A stretch of 64,000 nt of DNA, taken from IMG/VR virus record IMGVR_UViG_3300042260_000483, positions 22,090 to 86,089 of that record; one strand, given 5' to 3'. This stretch comes from a virus. The notes under the pieces were generated by a model, which worked only from the letters and a program-made list of their open reading frames with translations, did not search any database and was not told where the DNA came from. Positions 37,770-48,099 of this stretch are shown piece by piece. A program made the translations under genes and the position numbers. Numbering within the stretch: the first letter of the stretch is position 1; each line of letters starts with the position of its first letter.

Positions 37770-39032
37770 TTATAATTTTTTAATTTCAGGTAATTTAAGT
37801 TCAACTTTCTGTTTTATCGTTACATATTTATCAAATACATTTTTCATTACTTCATGCATCTTTGATAAAGAAAACTTATTTACAATATTAGTTTTCAATC
37901 CTGCAGATTTCTTTAAATGTTTATTGTAGTTTTTATGTAAATCTAAAATTGATTGTGCTGCTTTTGTATAATCGACTGAAAACCATTTTGATTCTTTTAG
38001 TAAAAATTGATTAGATGCAGATTGATGCACCGGTGTTAATTCACCTTCTAAATATATTGTATTTTCTGCTGGTAAGAAATCAATCAATCCACTCCAATTT
38101 GAAACTAAAATTGGTTTACCCGTAGTTGCAAATTCTGCAAGAGGTCTTCCATACCCTTCACCTTTAGTAAATGAAATCATCGCCTTTACTTTTGGGTGAT
38201 GATATAAATCACTCATATTTGATTCGGATAAATCACCGAATAACAAATAAATTGGAGGACACTTATCACCAAATTCTTTAGTAAGTTGGTTAATTTTATT
38301 TGCAACGATTTCTCTATCTCCTACCGAAAATCCTGCCATTGAGGTTTTCAAAATAAGACCAGGTTGTTTATCTTTAGCAACATTTTTAAAGACGGTGCAG
38401 AATGTTTTTATCATCATACCCACATCTTTTCTATCTTGTCCTAAATCACCTTGTAACCAATGACCTACATACAAATAATTAAAATCAGTTTTAATATCAG
38501 ATAAAACATCTACATCTGATGTTGGAGTTAAAAACGTATCTAAATCGACACCTTCAAATACAACTTCAATTGGAGTAGATACTTTAATATCTCTAATTTT
38601 TTGTTTTGTTTGGTTATTTACTTCGGTGAATGTAGTAGTTTCTAATACTTGTTTTGTAAATTCTGATGGAACTAAAACTAAATCCATTAAATTACACCCA
38701 TCGATAAATTCTTTAGGTGCTATTGTAGTTTCTACACCCGCAGTTACTCCAATATTATATTTACCAACTTTTTTGAATTCATTTGCAACTGAAACTTGCA
38801 CAAATACATCGGGTTGTCTATCCAATGTAACTGCAATATTTTGTAGTATTTTTTGACCAAATTCGGTTGATGGGTCTAATTGATTTTGTGGGGTTGTTCC
38901 CCATCTTGTTGGAACAATTTTCACATCAAATTTATCCATTGCAAATATAGATTTTAATAAATCTCTAGAATGGTCTCCATAACCACTACGGGTTGCAATT
39001 GGTGCTTGAAATAACAATAATGGTTTATTCAT
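37770..39032 (-). CDS. GT-B (GT4-like) glycosyltransferase
   Basis: RSGYG, RKDVG and GEGYGRPLAEF. Confidence 0.85.
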   Translation of the reverse strand: MNKPLLLFQAPIATRSGYGDHSRDLLKSIFAMDKFDVKIVPTRWGTTPQNQLDPSTEFGQKILQNIAVTLDRQPDVFVQVSVANEFKKVGKYNIGVTAGVETTIAPKEFIDGCNLMDLVLVPSEFTKQVLETTTFTEVNNQTKQKIRDIKVSTPIEVVFEGVDLDTFLTPTSDVDVLSDIKTDFNYLYVGHWLQGDLGQDRKDVGMMIKTFCTVFKNVAKDKQPGLILKTSMAGFSVGDREIVANKINQLTKEFGDKCPPIYLLFGDLSESNMSDLYHHPKVKAMISFTKGEGYGRPLAEFATTGKPILVSNWSGLIDFLPAENTIYLEGELTPVHQSASNQFLLKESKWFSVDYTKAAQSILDLHKNYNKHLKKSAGLKTNIVNKFSLSKMHEVMKNVFDKYVTIKQKVELKLPEIKKL

Positions 39033-39300
39033 TTTCTTCTCTTTTTCTTTGTTCTTCTTCTTGTCTTAAACACCTTTCGATGGATAATTCAATTAACTTT
39101 GTAATATTTTCTAATTTATCAGGTTCATTTGGTGCGTTATACATCTCAAATACAGTCGATTCAACTTCTCTATCCGCAAGAACCATTACATGGTAATCTT
39201 CACATAATTCTCTATTTTTGTAAATAGCCTCACGAGATGATTCGATTTGTTGAGGTGACCAAGTTCCTGGCATTCTAATGATGAATATTGGTTTACTCAT
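39025..39300 (-). CDS. Hypothetical protein
   Basis: ORF overlapping its neighbours. Confidence 0.65.
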   Translation of the reverse strand: MSKPIFIIRMPGTWSPQQIESSREAIYKNRELCEDYHVMVLADREVESTVFEMYNAPNEPDKLENITKLIELSIERCLRQEEEQRKREENE

Positions 39301-40691
39301 TATCTTAGTTTATATAAGTTATATCTATCTTTTGGTTTCCAATTTTTCATTGCGGTTTCCATACCATCAACTAATGTTTTACACATATTAGTATTTGATA
39401 ACCCACCTTCGTTCAACATCCACTCTCTACCTTTCAATCCTGCTTGTTGACGTTCTTCTGGTGTTTTTTCATACCAATATCTCATTGCATCTGCAACTTC
39501 GTAAATATCCACCTTATCATCGATAATATATGGAGTTGGAACTGAACCTACTAATGTTTGAACTTTTGGGAATACTGGTTTAACCCATTCACCATGTGTA
39601 ACTTTAGATGCCCATTTTCTCCAATCATGCAATGAACCATGTTCTACATAATCATCTGCAGTGAATTCTTTACCATTTAGTTTAAATCCACACTGGTCTT
39701 GTAATCCACCTGTTACGTTTACAATAATAGGAGTTCCTGCCATTACAGATTCTGCAGTAACCAATCCAAATCCCTCATTACCTGCAATGTTAATTGTAAC
39801 ATCGGCAAGATTGTGAATTAAATTTAATTGATCTTGATTAACTCTGTTTGTTGAGAAAACTACATCATAATCTGGGCAAATGGTTTCTTTTACTGCATAT
39901 AAATCAGTTCCGTTTTCATCCACCGGTTGAGTATGCATTAATAAACATACTTTATCACGTTTTTCTTTTGGTAATCCATCTACGAATCTCTTATATGCCC
40001 AAATTACATCGGATGGTTGTTTACGTCTGATATTTCGGTTCATCCAAAATAAAACAAAATCGTATTCTTTATCTCCAAATAATTCTTTTTTAAATTCAGT
40101 AGGAACTTCAACTGGTTTGAATGTTTCTGAATTGATACCATGAGGAACATACGAAACTTGCCAATCTTCTAATGGTTTAGTGGTTGGAGTTTTAATTGCA
40201 CCTACGCGTTTTACAATACCATATGTTTGTTTTGAAATACATCCTAACCAATCACAACTTTCGTAATAATCTCTGTTGTATTTCGGGTCTGGCAAATCAT
40301 CCCAAATATGATAGAAGAAAATAGGAATGTTTTGTCTTAATTCTGCTTCCATTTCATATAACCATCTCCAATATCTCGGGTCTGTAAAATGAAGGATTGC
40401 ATCTGGTTGATGTTTCATTATAAGTTCTCTTAAAATGTTAGCATCACCATAACCACTCCACGGAACAATTTTAAGGGATGCATCTTCAACACCACTTATT
40501 TTACGTGCATCATCACCTAAATCAAGTTCTTTACCTTTGTCGGGGTGATTTATTGCGGCTCCCAATTGAACCCAATCGTATTTGTCAAATGTGCCAAAAA
40601 CTAATTCTTTTGATACGGTTGCGATACCAGATGACATTCTTAAGTCATCGGATAGTAAAAGAATCTTTTTTTTCTTTCTTACTTCTGTCAT
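39300..40691 (-). CDS. GT-B (GT4-like) glycosyltransferase
   Basis: SGIA, PHGIN, RNIRRK and NEGFGLVTAESVMAGTP. Confidence 0.88.
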   Translation of the reverse strand: MTEVRKKKKILLLSDDLRMSSGIATVSKELVFGTFDKYDWVQLGAAINHPDKGKELDLGDDARKISGVEDASLKIVPWSGYGDANILRELIMKHQPDAILHFTDPRYWRWLYEMEAELRQNIPIFFYHIWDDLPDPKYNRDYYESCDWLGCISKQTYGIVKRVGAIKTPTTKPLEDWQVSYVPHGINSETFKPVEVPTEFKKELFGDKEYDFVLFWMNRNIRRKQPSDVIWAYKRFVDGLPKEKRDKVCLLMHTQPVDENGTDLYAVKETICPDYDVVFSTNRVNQDQLNLIHNLADVTINIAGNEGFGLVTAESVMAGTPIIVNVTGGLQDQCGFKLNGKEFTADDYVEHGSLHDWRKWASKVTHGEWVKPVFPKVQTLVGSVPTPYIIDDKVDIYEVADAMRYWYEKTPEERQQAGLKGREWMLNEGGLSNTNMCKTLVDGMETAMKNWKPKDRYNLYKLR

Positions 40692-40700
40692 TTAATTTAA

Positions 40701-40907
40701 TTAAAATTGTGAACCACTAGCGTGTAATTCGTTGTAACTATTAATTTCGTTTCTAAATTGTTCATCTTCGGTATATTTTTCCAAAGAACGATTAACTAAT
40801 TTTTGTAAGGTAATGTTTGAATCGAATGAAACTTTTTTAAATTTTGCATAAACATCGTGAATGATTTTCACCGTTGTTAATTTTGTGTTTGTGTTTGGGT
40901 TTGCCAT
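40701..40907 (-). CDS. Small ribbon-helix-helix-like DNA-binding protein
   Basis: LTTVKI strand followed by two predicted helices. Confidence 0.55.
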   Translation of the reverse strand: MANPNTNTKLTTVKIIHDVYAKFKKVSFDSNITLQKLVNRSLEKYTEDEQFRNEINSYNELHASGSQF

Positions 40908-40935
40908 AACTCTCTCTCTTGTTTTTTGTTATGTA

Positions 40936-40944
40936 TATAAATAT
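40936..40944 (-). promoter_or_regulatory. Putative late-promoter motif ATATTTATA heading the glycosyltransferase island
   Basis: Recurrent motif. Confidence 0.5.
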
Positions 40945-40966
40945 ATACAAATATAAAAAAGAGAAA

Positions 40967-41824
40967 TTATTTCCAAAGAGGACAAAGTTTTCGTGTCTTA
41001 AATTCACACCAATCACATGCTTTTCCCTTATTAGTTGGGAAATCGGTAGTCTTAATTAAACCACCATCATCATATACAGAATCAACAAATTCCATAAACC
41101 CTTTCCATGCAGCATTAACTGAAGGTTTACCATGGGGAGGAATGAATTTAGAAATGCGTGGGATTGGGTATTCAAAATCTTCGTTAATCTTACGTTTAAG
41201 AATTTGATACTCTACTTTGATTTTGTCTAATGAAACGTTGTATTTTTCTGAATAGAATTTTTTATACAACAACATTTGAGATGTTTTTACTTTATCATTC
41301 TTTTGATATTTTGACCAACCAGATGTTGATGTTTTTAAATCCACAATGATAATATCACCTGATGATAAATCTTTCAACACAATATCAATAAATCCAATGA
41401 AATGAACACCGGGTTTTACTTCTGCGTTCAATGCCATCTCGATTGCAACTAATTCGAATCCACTTTTAGTGTATAGTTTATCCAATTTAGTTTTAAAGTA
41501 ATGTAAGATATGTCTTCCATCTCCGAAGAATTCTTCTAACTCTTCTTTGGTACAAGGTGTTCCCTCACTCATCTTCTCCTTTTCAGCAGTAAAGTGTTCT
41601 ACCAATTTATCTTTTAACATTGTTTCTAAATCCAATGTTAATGCCTGTTTTTTAGATACACCATACATTACACTTAAAAAATGTTGAATGGTTTCGTGCA
41701 TCGCAGAACCAAAGATTGTGTGAATGTTCGCTGAACTTTCTCCTAACTTGTCAATATAGTTCAATTTAAATTGTTGAGGACATGAACTCCACATACCATA
41801 TTGAGAATAACTTACTCTTGCCAT
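40967..41824 (-). CDS. PD-(D/E)xK exonuclease (RecB/AddB/Cas4-like, Fe-S staple)
   Basis: SYS...CP, FGSAMH, GFID...VDLKT, Q..LY and C-terminal CDWC...C. Confidence 0.85.
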   Translation of the reverse strand: MARVSYSQYGMWSSCPQQFKLNYIDKLGESSANIHTIFGSAMHETIQHFLSVMYGVSKKQALTLDLETMLKDKLVEHFTAEKEKMSEGTPCTKEELEEFFGDGRHILHYFKTKLDKLYTKSGFELVAIEMALNAEVKPGVHFIGFIDIVLKDLSSGDIIIVDLKTSTSGWSKYQKNDKVKTSQMLLYKKFYSEKYNVSLDKIKVEYQILKRKINEDFEYPIPRISKFIPPHGKPSVNAAWKGFMEFVDSVYDDGGLIKTTDFPTNKGKACDWCEFKTRKLCPLWK

Positions 41825-41842
41825 AACTTTATTTTTATACTA

Positions 41843-41874
41843 CAAATATACGAATAATATTTGTAAATTCCTAA
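41843..41874 (-). promoter_or_regulatory. Promoter TTAG-N20-TATATTTG
   Basis: Recurrent motif. Confidence 0.65.
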
Positions 41875-41875
41875 T

Positions 41876-43135
41876 TTATTCCGAAAAAGATTCTACAAGC
41901 ATACTATCAAAATCAATCCCATTTAAACTATTAGCATTGGTTTTAAATAGGTCATCTAATTTTTTAGTAAATCCCACTACCATTTCAATTGGGTTATCAA
42001 TATTTTGGTCTGAATTGATAAAATTGATTAAGTTGTTTAACTCATCTATGGTTTTATTACTTGTTATAGTTTCCATGCCATCTTTTAAAAACTTAATAAC
42101 TCGTTCTTTTTCAGATTTACTGATATTATTTAAGGAAACGTTTACTGGGTTCCATGCATAATAAAAATCTATATGTTCGGTTGAAGTAATAAATTTATTA
42201 TCTGTCATAAATTTAATAAAATCAAATATATGATATACGTTCCAAATAGTAGTTGTGTATTGAAAATTATATTGCATTCCCATACCACCTGCGTAAGGTG
42301 ATTGTGGTGTAAAATACTTTTGTATTGTTTTTAAATTTTCTACAAATCTGTTATGCTGGAATCCTACTCTTTGATATTCACCAACTTCACCAATTCCATC
42401 ACAAGAGATTGAAAGAAATACTCTATCAAATCCTTCCCATAGTTCTACCAAACTTTGTTCATCATAGGTGATTACTGAAAGATTGGTATTATAGTGAATA
42501 CTTAAATGACGTTTATCACCCCAATGTTGTTCAATTACCGGCATATTATCATAAAGATGTTTCAATACCTTATAATGTTCCGGCATGATTAAAGGTTCTC
42601 CACCTGCAAAATAAAAACTTTTAATATTTTTTAAATGGGGAATTAAATCTTCAACAATAGTATCAGATACTTTCATCACCTTTGGTTTACCATTAGTATA
42701 ACCGGGTGATATTTTCCCATAATCTTCGAACCAATTTGATGAAAATTCATGACTACACATTCTACATTTGAAATTACATAGATTAGAAAATCTAATATCA
42801 ATATGTTGAAATTGAGTTTCTACTGAATAATCCTCATTTACATTTGGTAATTCCCATAAAGTATTATTGTTGAAATCATTACGAGGTGATACTCCGTTTA
42901 AATCTTCTTTTTTGTAGCAGACATCACAAACTTTATTACGTTTACCTTCTAACATATCTTTACGCAATTTCTTCATTTGAGGTGAATTAAATGCTCCATC
43001 GATTGTTAGTTGTTTCAAATCCAACGGCGTTTCAAACCCTCCTGCAATACAACATGGCTTCATCTCCCCCTTCGGTTCTGAATAGAGGTGAATGAATGGT
43101 AATATGCAGAATGTTTCCGTTTGTGGATTTTGCAT
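41876..43135 (-). CDS. Radical SAM protein with N-terminal SPASM/twitch-like domain
   Basis: CNFKCRMC and GGEP; N-terminal C..P...PCC...C..C. Confidence 0.88.
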   Translation of the reverse strand: MQNPQTETFCILPFIHLYSEPKGEMKPCCIAGGFETPLDLKQLTIDGAFNSPQMKKLRKDMLEGKRNKVCDVCYKKEDLNGVSPRNDFNNNTLWELPNVNEDYSVETQFQHIDIRFSNLCNFKCRMCSHEFSSNWFEDYGKISPGYTNGKPKVMKVSDTIVEDLIPHLKNIKSFYFAGGEPLIMPEHYKVLKHLYDNMPVIEQHWGDKRHLSIHYNTNLSVITYDEQSLVELWEGFDRVFLSISCDGIGEVGEYQRVGFQHNRFVENLKTIQKYFTPQSPYAGGMGMQYNFQYTTTIWNVYHIFDFIKFMTDNKFITSTEHIDFYYAWNPVNVSLNNISKSEKERVIKFLKDGMETITSNKTIDELNNLINFINSDQNIDNPIEMVVGFTKKLDDLFKTNANSLNGIDFDSMLVESFSE

Positions 43136-43389
43136 TATTCTTCTACTTTGAAACCAGGAACTAATAAATCTTCCAATACTTCACCGCAATCTCCACATAA
43201 AAATAATTCAACAGGAATTACTTCATCTTTTGGTTTTTTGGTTAATATTTTTGAAATTTTTCTAAATGCAAATCCTTGTACAAAAATTTCACCGCCACAT
43301 TTTTTACATGCAATTGCTTCTGTTTTTGTTAAATCAATTGGTTCTTGTGGATTTAATTGATTACCACCTTGTCCTAAAATTTGTGCCAT
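43135..43389 (-). CDS. Zinc-ribbon protein
   Basis: CKKCG...CGDCG. Confidence 0.7.
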   Translation of the reverse strand: MAQILGQGGNQLNPQEPIDLTKTEAIACKKCGGEIFVQGFAFRKISKILTKKPKDEVIPVELFLCGDCGEVLEDLLVPGFKVEE

Positions 43390-43392
43390 AAT

Positions 43393-43875
43393 TTATTTTT
43401 TATTTTTTTTATTCTTTTTCTTATCAACTTTTGAATTACGTTTTCCATATTCATCGAACTCACCATCGATATTGTATTTCTCTACCTCTTCTGGTGTTGC
43501 AAATGGTTCGGATGGTTGTTCGTTCCAAAATTGAGTTTCCAATTCATCGTTCCATTCATCTTCATTATGTTCTGCAAGAGCTTCATCAATTTGTTGTTCA
43601 CTCATAAGTCTAACATACTCTTCTGCTGCTCTTCGTAACTCAGCGTTTGGTTCGTACATTGCTTCCTCATCAGCCTCTTCTTTATATTCTTCTGCTTTAT
43701 CTACAACGCATTGTTTCCAAGATGATTCATCATATCCTAATCCAATACAAATGGTTTGGAATGCATCAAATAATTCAGTTATGTCAGTATCACTATGGTC
43801 TATTTCAACTGAAACTTTTGTTCCGTATTGTTGACCAGTTATTAAAGTTGGTTTTAATATATTACTATAACTCAT
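43393..43875 (-). CDS. Acidic hypothetical protein
   Basis: ORF on the coding strand. Confidence 0.7.
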   Translation of the reverse strand: MSYSNILKPTLITGQQYGTKVSVEIDHSDTDITELFDAFQTICIGLGYDESSWKQCVVDKAEEYKEEADEEAMYEPNAELRRAAEEYVRLMSEQQIDEALAEHNEDEWNDELETQFWNEQPSEPFATPEEVEKYNIDGEFDEYGKRNSKVDKKKNKKNKK

Positions 43876-43885
43876 TTTATTTATT

Positions 43886-44095
43886 TTAATCGAACCATTG
43901 AGTTCGGTTTGTTTTTACATTTTTTACACCATTCTTTTTAAGAATTTCGTGTCCTTTCTTTTTCCACTCACCTACTATCTTTTTATCTTTACGTTTATAC
44001 GCAGATAATTGGTCTAAGTATGAGAAGAAATCAGTTTCAGATAATTCTTTTAAATCATCATCACTTAACGGATTCTGTGGGTCATATACTATCAT
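43886..44095 (-). CDS. Hypothetical protein
   Basis: ORF downstream of a promoter. Confidence 0.65.
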   Translation of the reverse strand: MIVYDPQNPLSDDDLKELSETDFFSYLDQLSAYKRKDKKIVGEWKKKGHEILKKNGVKNVKTNRTQWFD

Positions 44096-44114
44096 ATCTT
44101 TTATTTTTATATTA

Positions 44115-44146
44115 CAAATATACGAAATAAAAATGGATTTACCAAA
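44115..44146 (-). promoter_or_regulatory. Promoter TTTG-N20-TATATTTG
   Basis: Full consensus match. Confidence 0.75.
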
Positions 44147-44149
44147 CTT

Positions 44150-44689
44150 TTATAGTAGTATTTTCAATATATCATTGACGGTATCATCACCAACTTCAAT
44201 TATAGTATAAGGTATATTGTTGTTTATTAGGGTGTTTTCAATTGCATCATCTAATACTTTAGATTCATCTAATGTTTGATATCGTTCCTTTTCATTATAC
44301 CCCCCTTCAGTTCGTTTTAAGAGTATATTAAGAGTATCATATTGATTATGGATATCCAATACCATTTTATCAAAAGACTCCCCATATAACGTTGCTGGAT
44401 ACTCCATTCCCTTATATACTGATTTATAGACAAGTGATAATATAATTGGAGAATCTAAAATGATATAATCAACCTTACCGAAACTTTTTACAATTCCCCT
44501 ATGTTGATTTGCAAGAACATATAATTGGTCTTTAATAGCAGAATGGTTTTCATCCCATGCTAAAACTTTTGGAAACTCATACGGATTATCACACGTTATA
44601 TGTTTCTTTTTTAATTTATAAGTAAGGCCCGAAGCAATTGATGATTTACCAATGCCAGGGCCTCCAAAAAGATTTACTATTTTACTCAT
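44150..44689 (-). CDS. NadR/AAA_28-like P-loop kinase
   Basis: GGPGIGKS, E..K, DSP and R.Q. Confidence 0.7.
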   Translation of the reverse strand: MSKIVNLFGGPGIGKSSIASGLTYKLKKKHITCDNPYEFPKVLAWDENHSAIKDQLYVLANQHRGIVKSFGKVDYIILDSPIILSLVYKSVYKGMEYPATLYGESFDKMVLDIHNQYDTLNILLKRTEGGYNEKERYQTLDESKVLDDAIENTLINNNIPYTIIEVGDDTVNDILKILL

Positions 44690-44696
44690 AGTTTTT

Positions 44697-45767
44697 TTAC
44701 AATAAATGTGGTTTTGCTTCGTTAATACCCGATGTGGTTACAACTACATAAGGTGGTCTGAAATTTCGTAGAACATTAACACCTGCATATGATAAGGCAG
44801 ATTTAATACCATCTACCAAACCAGTTAAGATAAATTTTACACCACCTTTATATGGGATGGTAGTTGATTCACCTTCAATGTTTCGAACGTTCTGTCCGTT
44901 TGCTACTTTGGTTTCCAATGATGCAGAACCTCTATATCGTTTATATAAACCTTTTGGGGTTTCGATTATTTGACCGGGTGCTTCTTCAGTTCCTGCTAAG
45001 ATTGAACCTAACATTACGGAACTTGCACCTAATGATAATGCTTTTGCGATATCACCGGATGTTCTGATTCCCCCATCTGCCATTACTGGAGTTTTTGCAA
45101 CTCTGATAATATCTTCTAAACAACTTACATTTGGAACACCAAATCCAGTTTTTATTCTAGTCGTGCATAGTGAACCACCACCGATACCAACTCTCAATCC
45201 ATCTGCACCTGCATGTTCTAACATAATTGCTGCTTCTGAAGTTGCAATGTTTCCTGCAATAATATCAACGTTCTCATTTAGATTTTCCTTACACCACTTA
45301 ATCATATCTATGACATTTTTGTGGTGGCCGTGTGCAACATCTATAACTAAAATATTTGCACCTGCTTCAGTTACTCTCTTAGCTCGTTCCATATCAGAAG
45401 CCATTACTCCGATTGCAGCCATAATTGGAATTTGTTTAATTTCGGCATGCCAATCATCATACATAATTCCCCAATCTTCAAAAGGACCACCGAAACCTTC
45501 TCCGTAGATTCTATATTTTAGATTTTTGACTTGATTGACTTGTTCATCAATTGACATAAAACGATGAAGACATCCAACTCCTCCCATAAGGAACATTTTG
45601 AATGCCATTTCTTCTTCACAGACAGTATCCATTGGTGAAGCAACTAATGGATTTAATAATCCATATCTTCGAGATACCAATGTGTTTAATTTAATTGCCG
45701 TTCTTGTAGCAATTTCTGAATATTGTGGAACTAATTGGATGTCATCATAAGTGAGACTATAATTCAT
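44697..45767 (-). CDS. IMPDH/GMP reductase family protein (no CBS domain)
   Basis: SPMDTV, IDVAHGH, GIGGGSLCTT, ADGG and YRGSAS...EG. Confidence 0.88.
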   Translation of the reverse strand: MNYSLTYDDIQLVPQYSEIATRTAIKLNTLVSRRYGLLNPLVASPMDTVCEEEMAFKMFLMGGVGCLHRFMSIDEQVNQVKNLKYRIYGEGFGGPFEDWGIMYDDWHAEIKQIPIMAAIGVMASDMERAKRVTEAGANILVIDVAHGHHKNVIDMIKWCKENLNENVDIIAGNIATSEAAIMLEHAGADGLRVGIGGGSLCTTRIKTGFGVPNVSCLEDIIRVAKTPVMADGGIRTSGDIAKALSLGASSVMLGSILAGTEEAPGQIIETPKGLYKRYRGSASLETKVANGQNVRNIEGESTTIPYKGGVKFILTGLVDGIKSALSYAGVNVLRNFRPPYVVVTTSGINEAKPHLL

Positions 45768-45777
45768 ATTTTTATCT

Positions 45778-46080
45778 TTATTGTAAAATGATACCTAATA
45801 ATTCGTGTTCGTGGAATAACAAATAATCCTCACCATCTAATGGGAGTGTTTCACTTGCCATATCCTTTTTGTATAGAACTGAATCACCAATTGAAACTGT
45901 CATTCGGATACGTTCTCCAGTTTGTGAGAAAATACCATCACCAACTGCTACAACTTCTCCGGTAACCTTTTCACCTCTATTTACACTATCGGTTAGAAGA
46001 ATACCACCTGCGGATTTTTCTTCTTTCTTTTTCGGTTTAACTACTACTCTATCACCAAGTGGTTTGAAATTAATTGCCAT
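45778..46080 (-). CDS. groES: Co-chaperonin GroES
   Basis: FKPLGDRVVVK..EEKSAGGIL, GEVVAVG.G and V..GD.VLY. Confidence 0.93.
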   Translation of the reverse strand: MAINFKPLGDRVVVKPKKKEEKSAGGILLTDSVNRGEKVTGEVVAVGDGIFSQTGERIRMTVSIGDSVLYKKDMASETLPLDGEDYLLFHEHELLGIILQ

Positions 46081-46082
46081 AT

Positions 46083-46532
46083 CTATAAGTTTAATTTTAG
46101 TTTTGTAATTTGTTTTGATTCAATTCCATACATCGTGCATAACTCTTTAATTCGTTCTCTGCCTGGTTTGGTTGAATATAAAATTTTAATATAATCTTCA
46201 CTTTCTAATGTAGATGTATTATAATGTTTGGTTACTAATTCAATCAACCACTTTTCATAAACATCCTCACCTTTTGCTTTCATATATTTTAAGAAAGCAC
46301 GTGTCTTTGGTATAATATCAATTAGAGCAAGATAACAAGCTTTGGGTGGAACTTCTTGAAGATATGGTTGTAATTGTGCAACCATCGTTACCCAATCAGG
46401 GTTCATTGAAAGAAACCGAAATACCATGTAATTACTCCATGTCTTTTTATCAGATTCATCCAACTTATCCCAATACTTTTTATCTTGAGTTTGAGTAATT
46501 GCTTTGATGTGATCAAAAAGTGTAACTGCCAT
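46083..46532 (-). CDS. Clamp loader small subunit (T4 gp62-like)
   Basis: Follows the clamp-loader ATPase; LFD.I..I, YMV.RFLSM and FLKY.K. Confidence 0.65.
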   Translation of the reverse strand: MAVTLFDHIKAITQTQDKKYWDKLDESDKKTWSNYMVFRFLSMNPDWVTMVAQLQPYLQEVPPKACYLALIDIIPKTRAFLKYMKAKGEDVYEKWLIELVTKHYNTSTLESEDYIKILYSTKPGRERIKELCTMYGIESKQITKLKLNL

Positions 46533-47479
46533 TATAATAAATTGTTTATCTCAATTAAAGTTGCAGCCATTGCAATCTCTTTATCAATTGATTGGAAATG
46601 GGTAGTTTGTCCTTGTGAAAGTGCAATTACTACATTTGCAGTATTAGAAGATGCGTATTCATCTACCTTATCATATAATAAAGTAAATAAGTCTGTAAAA
46701 TCAGTTACTCTACTATCAATCAAAGTTTGTCTTAATTTCATATACCGATTTCGTTTATCGTCTGATGATTTAAGAATATCTAAGATTTTCATCTTGTAAT
46801 CATTTTCCAATAAATTTTTAGTATCTACTTGCAACGCACCTTTATGTGAGTTTAATTGACAAGTATTGATAATCTTACGAATATCTGGATATCCTGCATC
46901 AATAATTGGAACTAAATCTTTTGGTTCAAATCTAATTTCTTCCGATTTTAAAATCTTACTAATTTGAATTGCAACATCTTTTTTAGTTGGTGGAACAATT
47001 TGAAATGATTGACAACGAGATTGAATTGGTTCAATTACTTTCTCTACATAGTTACACGTTAAGATGAAACGGCAATGTTTAGAAAATGTTTCCATTAAGT
47101 TACGCAAGATTGCTTGTGCAGATTGGGACATATAATCAAACTCATCTAAGATGATAATTTTTATATCTTTAAATCCAATCGTAGAAGCAAAATTCTTAAC
47201 TTTATTACGGACAGTATCTACGTTATTTTCATCCGATGCATTGATAATCATATAATCACAATTGATTGAATTAACGATTAACTTTGCAAGTGTTGTCTTA
47301 CCAGTTCCTGCTTTACCATATAATAAAAGATGTGGCACATCTCCGTTTTCAATGTATGTTTGAACTTTTAATTTCAAATGTTCATTACCAACGTAATCTT
47401 CTAATTTAGATGGGCGATATGATTCTACCCATAAACTATTATCTTTTTCTTCTGTATTTTTATCTTCAAAAAATGCCAT
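46532..47479 (-). CDS. Clamp loader ATPase subunit (RFC/T4 gp44-like)
   Basis: LWVESYRP, GKAGTGKT, INASD, ILDEFD and SRC. Confidence 0.93.
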   Translation of the reverse strand: MAFFEDKNTEEKDNSLWVESYRPSKLEDYVGNEHLKLKVQTYIENGDVPHLLLYGKAGTGKTTLAKLIVNSINCDYMIINASDENNVDTVRNKVKNFASTIGFKDIKIIILDEFDYMSQSAQAILRNLMETFSKHCRFILTCNYVEKVIEPIQSRCQSFQIVPPTKKDVAIQISKILKSEEIRFEPKDLVPIIDAGYPDIRKIINTCQLNSHKGALQVDTKNLLENDYKMKILDILKSSDDKRNRYMKLRQTLIDSRVTDFTDLFTLLYDKVDEYASSNTANVVIALSQGQTTHFQSIDKEIAMAATLIEINNLL

Positions 47480-47495
47480 TTGTTTTATTTTTTAT

Positions 47496-47975
47496 TTACC
47501 ATTTATATCTATTATCTTTCCATGGTAACATTTGTAAGTTATTAATATTACCAATTATTTTTGGGTGTATTTTGTTTTCAAATCCATATTTTATTGAAAG
47601 AATATGGTCTACTTGATATGCACCATCTACACCACTTTTACCTCTTTTATCAAAATTTTCCATTAAATGTAATGGTTGTTTATTTGTTTCACTCCAAACC
47701 TTACCTCTGTATTTTTGGTATTCCCTATTATAATGTTCAGTATTTTTAATTTGAGAGCATGAAACACATAGTTCACCGGATTTAGAATATGCCTTTCTCC
47801 ACGTAAATACTCGCGTATCTCCACATTTATTACACACTTTAGTCCATTCCGTAATTCCAAGTGTTCCATGTCTTTTTTTAGCAGAACAATTTATACATAA
47901 TTTAGATTTGTTTGTTGAATAAATTTCTCTATCCTTATTACAATACTCACATTTAACTATTATTCTTTTTACCAT
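47496..47975 (-). CDS. HNH endonuclease with zinc ribbons
   Basis: Four CxxC pairs; VDHILSI...NINNLQML...NR.K. Confidence 0.75.
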   Translation of the reverse strand: MVKRIIVKCEYCNKDREIYSTNKSKLCINCSAKKRHGTLGITEWTKVCNKCGDTRVFTWRKAYSKSGELCVSCSQIKNTEHYNREYQKYRGKVWSETNKQPLHLMENFDKRGKSGVDGAYQVDHILSIKYGFENKIHPKIIGNINNLQMLPWKDNRYKW

Positions 47976-48096
47976 AATAATCCACCATTCTTTTTTTGTT
48001 TAGGGATTCTTTATTTTTATCATACCAACGATTCCATCTATCCTTTTTTGCTTGGAGTTTTTCTTCTTCGGTTTGGTATAATTTTTTTCTTCCCAT
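47953..48096 (-). CDS. Small basic protein (47 aa, MGRKKLYQTEEEK...)
   Basis: Manual translation; overlaps the HNH start. Confidence 0.55.
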   Translation of the reverse strand: MGRKKLYQTEEEKLQAKKDRWNRWYDKNKESLNKKRMVDYYGKKNNS

Positions 48097-48099
48097 AAC

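Noticed and set aside
40967-41824. Cas4-like nuclease as a sign of CRISPR-Cas
   Set aside because: No array or other cas genes; solo PD-(D/E)xK exonucleases are common in phages
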